Program-made: the position numbers and the translations under genes
The notes under the pieces: generated by a model
Told to the model about the DNA's origin: nothing
Databases searched by the model: none
Seen by the model: only the letters and a program-made list of their open reading frames with translations
In this document: in pieces, positions 1 to 13,000 of the stretch
How the letters are laid out: each line of letters begins with the position of its first letter
Position numbering within the stretch: position 1 is the first letter of the stretch
Assembly (NCBI GenBank): GCA_964016885.1
Contig: OZ024741.1
Coordinates: forward strand, 110,856,001-110,920,000
Direction of reading: 5' to 3'
Length of the DNA stretch: 64,000 nucleotides
Origin: Eledone cirrhosa
Taxonomy: Eukaryota

Positions 1-90
1 TCATTATTTATTCAAAGTAATCCAACTTATTTTACTAATGGGATAAATTATAAACCGTACGCAGTCCCGCGCTCCTTACTTTATTATAGT
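1..90. repeat. End of an unclassified interspersed repeat also present at 54119-54208
   Basis: TCATTATTTATTCAAA.TAATCCAACTTATTTTACTAA...CTCCT..CTTTATTATA shared. Confidence 0.7.
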
Positions 91-126
91 TTACACATAT
101 ATATATCTATCTATCTTTCGCTACAG

Positions 127-219
127 AGATCCAGTGATCGTTCATGGAAACCATGTTTGGTGCTGCTGAAAGGCCAAGAACTCTATCTCACAGACAAACG
201 CAAGGACAATAATTCATTT
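127..219 (+). CDS. RhoGAP gene exon A (PH domain, N-terminal strands)
   Basis: ctacag|AGA TCC...TCA TTT|gtgagt; RSSDRSWKPCLVLLKGQELYLTDKRKDNNSF; 93 nt, phase 0/0; absent from the ORF track. Confidence 0.85.
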
Positions 220-3200
220 GTGAGTTCTTTGCTTTGGTTTCTGATTTCTTATTCCACTAATTCTAACCTATTGTATGTTGTTCTATATGGGATCGTTTTT
301 TTAATTTTAAAAAAAAAATTGTGGTTTCCAAATTAGTATCAAAATGGTTAAATATGAACTGATATTTTTTTGTCTTATGTTCCAACTGCAGATCTCTGAG
401 ATTGACCAGCCTGTGTCTGTAAAGTCTTCTTCAGTCGAGGTGGCCACAGATTACACCAAGAAGAAGAATGTATTTCGTCTGACTACCAACAACCCTGCGT
501 CAGAGTTTCTCTTTCAGGCTGAGGACAGTGACACAATGTCATCTTGGATCCAGGCCCTCAGATCCTCTAGTGATATTCAAGTAGATTATGTAAGTACATA
601 ACTTTCCAGATATTCATTGTTTTATCTTTCTATTGTTATCTCTATTATCAAAGAAGCCACATAAAACAATGTGCTACATGTCGAGACTTTATAACTGACT
701 AGTCAGCATGTCTGTCTGTCTCTTTCCCTCTCTCCCTCTCTCTCTTTATTTATATATATAATGCCTTAACCTTTCACAATTATTTAATATGTTCATCATT
801 GCCAGGAGCCAGTAATTGCCCCGACCCCTAACATCAAAAGCTCCCCACAGATGCCAGTGAAGAGTTCAAAGAAATTACCAGTACTGTCTTTTCGACAAAA
901 AATGACACATTCCCCAAATCCCCGCCGAAGGAAAAATAACGGTAAGTACATTAAAGTATCAAGTAAATTCTACTAGGCATTGGTAAACTTAGGGGATGAG
1001 TTTGTGTTTAATATGGAGGCACATGGCTTAGTGGTTAGAGCATTGGCCTTGCAATCGAAAGGTTGTGAGTTCAATTCTCAGACCGGGTGATGTGTTGTTT
1101 CCTTGAGCAAGACACTTTATTTCACATTGCTCCAGTTTACTCAGCCTGTAGAAATGAGATGATAGGGACTGGGGTCCCTATCATTCCACTGCAAAGTGGT
1201 CGTGGAGGTGCCACGGCAAAAAAGCACCCAGCACTCACTGTAAATGAGGTTGGTGTTAGGAAGGGCATCCAGCTGTAGAAATCAAGCCAGAATCAGTTCC
1301 CGTCCCACCCTTGCAAGCAGGGAAAAGGCGGACGTAAAATGAAATGATGATGATGATGATGATGATGATGATAGGGACAACTTGGGGTTCATGTGTATGT
1401 GTTTCATATAAGGGCTCCTTGGGATTGACATGAGAATGTGTTTGACACAGGGACACCTTGAGATTGAAATGGGGGCATGTTGTGTTTGATATAGGGAACC
1501 CTGTGTTTAACATAGGGACACTTTGGGATTCTTCTTTCTTCTTCTTTGCTCTCTTATTCCTGAGAGGATCGTGGGAGCAGAGTCCTCAGACACCTCTTCT
1601 AGAGGGTCCTATCAGAAGCAACCACTCTAAATGATCCAACTGAGCTTATGGATGTTATCCAACCACCTAGTTCGTGGTCTACTTTTGGGTCTCCTGCCAG
1701 TTAGTTTTGCTTATATATAAAATCTGTCAAGTGATTCTTTTCTTAGACATTCTAGCTACATGTCTGTAGTATTGGAGTTGTGATCTCTTGATGCAGAGAA
1801 GTAGCAGCTCTACCTGGAGCAACTCCCTGGTTCAGCAATGCATTGTATCGAGTAACATTGTTCCAAAGACCCTTCGTAGGAACCCCATTTTGGCCTCGTG
1901 TATTCGCAATCATGTTCTTTCAGTCATTACCCCAAATTCATGACCATAGATAAGAATAGGAACAAACACCAAATTGAAGATAGTAAGTATAGCTTTTATA
2001 CCTAGGTCTCTTCTGATACTAGCACATCACTGCACCAGTTCTTGCTTTTAATTCTGCTTCCTACTTTCTATCACTTGTTAAAATGGCCCTGAGATGCTTG
2101 AACTGCTTCAGTGTAACTCCACTTAATCCTTTAATGTTCAAACCGATCAAAACTTGCCAAAATTCTCTACCCTTTTCTGTTGAAACTGGCTGTAACTGGT
2201 TGTTCAAACTGATGTTAAGGTATTGTTCTCAAAATAAATACTTTCAAAATCTCATAGATTCGATATTATGCGAGATAATTATGTGAGATAAAGCCTTTAC
2301 CATGAAAATACAATAGTATATATAGAGAGTAATGTAAATGCTAAAGGGTTAACATTTAGAAAGAACTGTCTGGGCTTCCTTGGGAGGATGAGTGACTCAG
2401 TCTTCACAGCACTGATTTTCATTCTTGCTATGCAACACTTTGCAGCAAACCTGTTAAGTGCATGTCAGAGATCACCTTCCAACAAGTTAAGTATTACTGT
2501 GTCACCTGAAAATTCCAGCCAACTGATCCTACACTTGCCAGATATGATACTACTTCCCACCTGGCTGCACATGTCAATCATATTCCCAGAGATTATGAAT
2601 GGGATGCATCCTTGCAGAGGCCAGCCCCCGACATTCAATGGTTTTGATTTAGCACTATTTATTCAAACATTACTAGGGCACTCATATAAAAACTTCAAGG
2701 CAACAAGGTGTGCATAACCTCCTATATATAATTGATATATTGGCATCTTGTGATTGACATAGGGGTACTGACATTGGCACATTGTGGTTAAGATGGGGTA
2801 CTCAGTGATTGATATAGTGGCACCTTATTATTGACATAAGGGTACATTGTAGTTAATAGAAGTATATTCAATTTGAATTAAGGGCACCGACAGTGACACC
2901 ATGGGATTGATGTAGGGGCATCTTCTTTTCCATACAGTGGTGCTTTGTAATTAACAAAAGGGTACCCTATATTTCATACAGAGGCACCTTGTGATTGATA
3001 TAAAGGTACCCTCCTTTCTATACAGTGGCACCTTGTAATGTAGGGGTACTGATAGTGGCATCTTGTGATTGACATAGGGATATCCTTGTGGTTGATGTAG
3101 GCTCACCCTGTATTTGACATAAGAGTTCTTTATTGTTGGTTCAGGGGTGCCTCAAACTTGACATGGAAGCAACGTCTACTTGACTTAAGGTTGTATTCGC

Positions 3201-3977
3201 TTTTGAATAGAAATATATCTCCTTTTGAACGCTGAAATTGTCCTTGCCCTCTTTACTAAACAGGTTGTTTATATTATAATACGGATTGAACAACAGATAA
3301 CTTGGTCAAGTTGATCTCTATCAACTATGATGATAATGTTGATGATGATGATTATATCAGCAGTGCGAGCCAGTGTTTGTGTAGTTACTACAAGGATGAT
3401 GATGATATCAGCAGTGCAAAGCCAGTGTTTTGTGTGTAGTTTGAATGTCTGAAACAAACACTCTTATTTACATCTGTGAGCCATATCTATTAACAAAGAC
3501 AAGACAACGTTGTACAGAAATAGAATATATATATATTACAGTAATATATACTTCATAACAATAACTTAAGTGTGTAGGGAAGGGGTTGGTATCTTTAGTT
3601 TGAAAAATTCCTTAATCTCCATTCACAATAAAGTAGATATTAACAGCTAAGATTTTAAAGTAAATATCATAACACATTATAATGTGAATTATATTATAAT
3701 AATGATACATATGATATTAATATAATGGATAAATTTGTCGGTGGCACTTCAATATAATGGTTAGCACAGTGAAACAGTATATTGTAGGTATAGGTTCAAG
3801 TCCTAGAGGTGGCACTGTACAAATATTTTCATCTCCAGATTTTATATGCCCAAATTCTTAGACTATTTTTCATAGTAAAAAAACATTGATGCTTCTAATT
3901 CAGAAATTCAAAATTTCCTATCACTCAATGGTTATAAAAATAGATTGTTTATATAAATATGTATATGTGTGTGTGTG

Positions 3978-4038
<61 letters not shown>

Positions 4039-7000
4039 GTAATTACAAAAGAAAAGAATGAGCCCTCGATATGTAAACAGTTAATTTATAATACTTAAAA
4101 TACATCACATCCAAGCATATGATTTTGTCAGTACTCAGAGTATCCTGATGGTATCTGATTAATTGTAGCAGATTAATCTCAAGTGCACCATCAATCGCCT
4201 GCCTTTATGAAAAATTCTTTTTCATAAAAGGTATCTGGAAGGATGCTCTTCCTGACACTAACCCTTTTAGTCACTTCTGACATGCAGTGATAGTGTACCT
4301 ATTGTAAACTAGATACATAGGTGTGTTAATGTTATCAATGAAACCCACTCCCTAGCTTCGATTGTCTACATGATGCTGTATTTTTCAGAAGATGGTACAA
4401 AGTCAAAGAGTTGGAAAGAAAAAATTCGTTTCAAAAACAAAGGAAGTAACCAAGCCCCAGTCCCTGAAGAAGCAACTGGTTCTTTTGGGGTTCATCTTGA
4501 AGTCTGTATGCCTTCACCTTATAAGGAAGTGAGTAGCCTTCACAACCACCACCCCCACATCATTATTACCACTTCCACAACACCACCTTTACAACATCAT
4601 CTTTTCAACACTACCTTCACAACACCACTTTCATAACGTATAATCTTTACAACACACCATCTTCAAAAACACACCTTCACAATAAGCCACCTTCACAAGC
4701 ACAACTCCTTCACATTATCTTCACAACACCACTGCCACAAACACTACTTCACAAAAAAAACTTTCACATATACTACCTTCACAACACCACCTTCTCACCA
4801 TGTCATCTTCACAACACCACTGCGACAAACACTACTCCCACAACACCACCTTCTCAGCATGTCATCTTCACAACACCACTGCCACAAACACTACTCCCAC
4901 AACACCACCTTCACAACATAATACACTTTTATTTTTTACTCCAAAAGTTATTTTCGCTCATTTGTTTATTCAAGATGAGCTTGATGTAAATTAATTAATC
5001 AAAATGTAAGCATTATTGATTATATTTTTTGTTAATGAAATATACATTGAAAAAATGTTTGATCTCTGCAAATTCTTTGGGTATTCTTTTAATATATATA
5101 TACAGATACACACATACACACACACAATATATATATGTATTTATTCATTTATTTCCTCTATATCCAGTCTGTGCCATTCATAGTTGATCTGTGCACCAGT
5201 ATCGTAGAGACCCGAGGACTGAAGGTTGTTGGTGTTTACAGAATTCCTGGCAATAAGTTAGTCATTTCTAATATGCAGGAGGAACTTAACAAGGTACGTA
5301 CTATCTACTATAACACATACATACACACACATCCATACATATTTAAGAATAGGTGTACTATATACCTGCATGTCATAAGAGGCAACTAAAAGGTGTAAAA
5401 AAAAAAGGACTTCTAGCTGAAAACATTACTTCAAAGACCCTTCAGAGGAATCCCATTTTGGCCACTTGTATTTGCAATCATTCTTTCAATCCTTACCCAA
5501 GATTCATGACCATAGGTAAAAGTAGGCACAAACACCAAATTGAAGATAGCTTTTACAGCCACCTCCTTTCTTGTATCAAAATTAGAAATCATTATTGTTG
5601 TTGTTATGCAAATATTATTGTTGTTGATAGCCTCTGTTGGTTGGTATATAGGGGCCTCAACAGATCCTTATTTCACTGCTATATATTGATAGGCAACCCC
5701 TGCTATATAGGGGCCTCAACAGATACTTATTTCACTGCTACATATTGATAGTCCCTATTGGGGCCTGAACAGATGCTTATTTCACTGCTATATATTGATA
5801 GCCCCTATTGGGGCCTCAACAAATACTTATTTCACTGCTATATATTGATAGGCAACCCTTGCTATGTAGGGGCCTGAACAGATACTTATTTCACTGCTAT
5901 ATATTGATAGTCCCTATTGGGGCCTGAACAGATGCTTATTTCACTGCTATATATTGATAGCCCCTATTAGGGCCTGAACAGATACTTATTTCACTGCTAT
6001 ATATTGATAGCTTCTATTGGTTGCTTTATAGAGGCCTCAACAAATCCTTGTTTCACTGCTATGTTGTCTTCTTTTCTCCAGGGTCTCGACTACATCAACC
6101 AAGAAAATGAGAAATGGCAAGATGTGAATGTAATCAGTAGTTTGTTAAAGTCTTTCTTCCAGAAACTTCCGGAGCCATTAGTTACCAATGGTCAGTATAC
6201 ATTGCTTTCTCTTTCTCTCTCTCTATCTATCATTGTCTCCCTCTCTCTCCCTACCTCACACACACACACATATATATAAAACATTGTCTCAAAATAGTCT
6301 GTTCAACCCATGCCAGCATGGAAAAGTGGACATAAAAATGATGTCATATGTATGTTTGTGTGTATGTGTGTAAGTATGCATCCATGTGTGTTTGCTGCAC
6401 CACTATATACATATATTTGTACAGATTGCTATCTCTCTCTCCCTCTCTATCTTATATCATGTATTTGTTGTGCCCCACTATACCTCTACCTCCACAATGC
6501 AATGCACACCAGTACAATCCCATTGTAATGTACACAACTATATCACAACCCACCACCACTACTACTACACCAACACTACCACCACAATATAATGTAAACC
6601 ACCATAACTACGCTACCACCACAATGTAATGTAAACCACCATAACTACACCACCACCACCACAATATAATGTAAACCACCATAACTACACCACTACCACC
6701 ACAATATAATGTAAACCACCATAACTACACCACTACCACCACAATATAATGTAAACCACCATAACTACACCACTACCACCACAATGTAATGTAAACTGCC
6801 ATAACTACACCACTACCACAATGTAATGTAAACCACCATAACTACACCACCACCACCACCACAATATAATGTAAACCACCATAACTACACCACTACCACC
6901 ACAATATAATGTAAACCACCATAACTACACCACTACCACCACAATATAATGTAAACCACCATAACTACACCACTACCACCACAATGTAATGTAAACTGCC

Positions 7001-10000
7001 ATAACTACACCACTACCACAATGTAATGTAAACCACCATAACTACACCACCACCACCACCACAATATAATGTAAACCACCATAACTACACCACTACCACC
7101 ACAATATAATGTAAACCACCATAACTACACCACTACCACCACAATGTAATGTAAACCACCATAACTACACCACTACCACCACAATATAATGTAAACCACC
7201 ATAACTACACCACCACCACCACAATGTAATGTAAACCACCATAACTACACCACCACCACCACCACAATATAATGTAAACCACCATAACTACACCACTACC
7301 ACCACAATATAATGTAAACCACCATAACTACACCACTACCACCACAATGTAATGTAAACCACCATAACTACACCACTACCACCACAATATAATGTAAACC
7401 ACCATAACTACACCACTACCACAATGTAATGTAAACCACCATAACTACACCACTACCACCACAATATAATGTAAACCACCATAACTACACCACCACCACC
7501 ACAATGTAATGTAAACCACCATAACTACACCACCACTACCACAATATAATGTAAACCACCATAACTACACAACTACTACCACAATATAATGTAAACCACC
7601 ATAACTACACCACTACCACAATGTAATGTAAACCACCATAACTACACCACCACTACCACCACAATATAATGTAAACCACTATAACTACACCACTACCACC
7701 ACAATATAATGTAAACCACCATAACTACACCACCACAACTACCACAATATAATGTAAACCACCATAACTACACCACCACCACAATATAATGTAAACCACC
7801 ATAACTACACTACCACCACAATATAATGTAAACCACCATAACTACACCACCACCACCACAATATAATGTAAACCACCATAACTACACCACCACAATATAA
7901 TGTAAACCACCATAACTACACCACCACCACAATATAATGTAAACCACCATAACTACACCACCACCACCACAATATAATGTAAACCACCATAACTACACCA
8001 CCACTACCACCACAATATAATGTAAACCACTATAACTACACCACTACCACCACAATATAATGTAAACCACTATAACTACACCACTACCACCACAATATAA
8101 TGTAAACCACCATAACTACACCACCACTACCACCACAATATAATGTAAACCACTATAACTACACCACTACCACCACAATATAATGTAAACCACCATAACT
8201 ACACCACTACCACCACAATATAATGTAAACCACCATAACTACACCACCACAACTACCACAATATAATGTAAACCACCATAACTACACCACCACCACCACC
8301 ACAATATAATGTAAACCACCATAACTACACTACCACCACAATATAATGTAAACCACCATAACTACACTACCGCCACAATATAATGTAAACCACCATAACT
8401 ACACCACCACCACCACAATATAATGTAAACCACCATAACTACACCACCACCACCACAATATAATGTAAACCACCATAACTACACCACCACCACCACCACC
8501 ACAATATAATGTAAACCACTATAACTACACCACTACCACCACAATATAATGTAAACCACCATAACTACACCACCACAACTACCACAATATAATGTAAACC
8601 ACCATAACTACACCACCACCACAATATAATGTAAACCACCATAACTACACTACCACCACAATATAATGTAAACCACCATAACTACACTACCACCACAATA
8701 TAATGTAAACCACCATAACTACACCACCACCACCACAATATAATGTAAACCACCATAACTACACCACCACCACCACAATATAATGTAAACCACCAAAACT
8801 ACACCACCACAACTACCACAATATAATGTAAACCACCATAACTACACCACCACCACCACCACCACCACAATATAATGTAAACCACCATAACTACACTACC
8901 ACCACAATATAATGTAAACCACCATAACTACACTACCACCACAATATAATGTAAACCACCATAACTACACCACCACCACCACAATATAATGTAAACCACC
9001 ATAACTACACCACCACCACCACAATATAATGTAAACCACCATAACTACACCACCACCACCACAATATAATGTAAACCACCATAACTACACCACCACCACC
9101 ACAATATAATGTAAACCACCATAACTACACCACTACCGCCACAATATAATGTAAACCACCATAACTACACTACCACCACCACAATATAATGTAAACCACC
9201 ATAACTACACCACCACCACCACAATATAATATAAACCACCATAACTGCACCACCACCACCACAATATAATGTAAACCACCATAACTACACCACTACCACC
9301 ACAATATAATATAAACCACCATAACTGCACCACCACCACCACAATATAATGTAAACCACCATAACTACACCACTACCGCCACAATATAATGTAAACCACC
9401 ATAACTACACTACCACCACCACAATATAATGTAAACCACCATAACTACACCACCACCACCACCACAATATAATATAAACCACCATAACTGCACCACCACC
9501 ACCACAATATAATGTAAACCACCATAACTATACCACTACCACCACAATATAATATAAACCACCATAACTGCACCACCACCACCACAATATAATGTAAACC
9601 ACCATAACTACACCACTACCGCCACAATATAATGTAAACCACCATAACTACACCACCACTACCACAATATAATGTAAACCACCGCAATATAATGTAAACC
9701 ACCATAACTACACCACCACTACAATATAATATAAACCACCATAACTACACCACCACTACCACAATATAATGTAAACCACCATAACTACACCAATACCACC
9801 ACAATATAATGTAAACCACCATAACTACACCACTACCACCACAATATAATGTAAACCACCATAACTACACCACCACTACCACAATATAATGTTAACCACC
9901 ATAACTACACCACCACCACCACAATATAATGTAAACCACCATAACTACACCACCACAATATAATGTAAACCACCATAACTACACCACCACTACCACAATA

Positions 10001-13000
10001 TAATGTAAACCACCATAACTACACCACCACCACCACAATATAATGTAAACCACCATAACTACTCCACCACAATATAATGTAAACCACCATAACTACACCA
10101 CCACTACCACAATATAATGTAAACCACCATAACTACACCACTACCACAATATAATGTAAACCACCATAACTACACCATCACCACAATATAATGTAAACCA
10201 CCATAACTACACCACCACTACCACAATATAATGTAAACCACCATAACTACACCACTACCACAATATAATGTAAACCACCATAACTACACCACCACCACAA
10301 TATAATGTAAACCACCATAACTACACCACTACCACCACAATATAATATAAACCACCATAACTGCACCACCACTACCACAATATAATGTAAACCACCATAA
10401 CTACACCACTACCACCACAATATAATGTAAACCACCATAACTACACCACCACTACCACAATGTTATGTAAACCACCATAACTACACCACCACAATATAAT
10501 GTAAACCACCATAACTACACCACCACCACCACAATATAATGTAAACCACCATAACTACACCACCACTACCACAATATAATGTAAACCACCATAACTACAC
10601 CACCACTACCACAATATAATGTAAACCACCATAACTACACTACCACCACAATATAATGTAAACCACCATAACTACACCACCACTACCACAATGTAATGTA
10701 AACCACCATAACTACACCACCACCACAATATAATGTAAACCACCATAACTACACTACCACCACAATATAATGTAAACCACCATAACTACACCACCACCAC
10801 CACAATATAATGTAAACCACCATAACTACACCACCACCACCACAATATAATGTAAACCACCATAACTACACCACCACCACCACAATATAATGTAAACCAC
10901 CATAACTACACCACCACCACCACAATATAATGTAAACCACCATAACTACACCACCACTACCACAATATAATGTAAACCACCATAACTACACTACCACCAC
11001 CACAATATAATGTAAACCACCATAACTACACTACCACCACAATATAATGTAAACCACCATAACTACACTACCACCACAATATAATGTAAACCACCATAAC
11101 TACACCACCACTACCACCACAATATAATATAAACCACCATAACTACACCACTAGCACCACAATATAATGTAAACCACCATAACTACACCACTACCACTAT
11201 AATGTAAACCACCATAACTACACCACCACTACCACAATATAATGTAAACAACCATAACTACACCACTACCACCACAATATAATGTAAACCACCATAACTA
11301 CACCACCACCACCACAATATAATGTAAACCACCATAACTACACCACAGCTACCACAATATAATGTAAACCACCACCACCACAATATAATGTAAACCACCA
11401 TAACTACACCACCACTACCACAATATAATGTAAACCACCATAACTACACCACCACTACCACAATATAATGTAAACCACCATAACTACACCACCACCACCA
11501 CAATATAATGTAAACCACCATAACTACACCACTACCACCACAATATAATATAAACCACCATAACTACACCACCACTACCACAATATAATGTAAACCACCA
11601 TAACTATACCACCACCATAATATAATGTAAACCACCATAACTACACCACCTCCACAATATAATGTAAACCACCATAACTACACCACCACCACAATATAAT
11701 GTAAACCACCATAACTACACCAACACCACCACAATATGATGTAAACCACCATAACTACACCACTACCACAATATAATGTAAACCACCATAACTACACCAC
11801 TACCACAATATAATGTAAACCACCATAACTACACCAACACCACCACAATATGATGTAAACCACCATAACTACACCACTACCACCATAACTACACCACCAC
11901 TACCACAATATAATGTAAACCACCATAACTACACCACCACCACAATATAATGTAAACCACCATAACTACACCACCACCACCACCACAATATAATGTAAAC
12001 CACCATAACTACACCACCACCACCACCACAATATAATGTAAACCACCATAACTACACCACCACCACAATATAATGTAAACCACCATAACTACACCACTAC
12101 CACCACAATATAATGTAAACCACCATAACTACACTACCACCACAATATAATGTAAACCACCATAACTACACCACCACCACCACAATATAATGTAAACCAC
12201 CATAACTACACTACCACCACAATATAATGTAAACCACCATAACTACACTACCACCACAATATAATGTAAACCACCATAACTACACCACCACTACCACCAC
12301 AATATAATGTAAACCACCATAACTACACCACTACCACCACAATATAATGTAAACCACCATAACTACACCACCGCTACCACCACAATATAATGTAAACCAC
12401 CATAACTACACCACCACCACCACAATATAATGTAAACCACCATAACTACACCACTACCACCACAATATAATGTAAACCACCATAACTACACCACTACCAC
12501 TATAATGTAAACCACCATAACTACACCACCACTACCACAATATAATGTAAACAACCATAACTACACCACTACCACCACAATATAATGTAAACCACCATAA
12601 CTACACCACTACCACCACAATATAATGTAAACCACCATAACTACACTACCACCACAATATAATGTAAACCACCATAACTACACTACCACCACAATATAAT
12701 GTAAACCACCATAACTACACCACTACCACCACAATATAATGTAAACCACCATAACTACACTACCACCACAATATAATGTAAACCACCATAACTACACCAC
12801 CACCACAATATAATGTAAACCACCATAACTACACCACTACCACCACAATATAATGTAAACCACCATAACTACACCACCACCACAATATAATGTAAACCAC
12901 CATAACTACACCACCACCACAATATAATGTAAACCACCATAACTACACCACCACCACAATATAATGTAAACCACCATAACTACACCACCACTACCACAAT

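Noticed and set aside
1015-1087. tRNA gene (also 3740-3815, 49264-49325)
   Set aside because: A/B boxes are present but there is no proper acceptor stem; these run into SINE bodies or are decayed heads.
1087-1278. Short ORFs in SINE copies (also 48897-49136, 53491-53730, 61093-61350)
   Set aside because: Chance frames within repeated non-coding elements.
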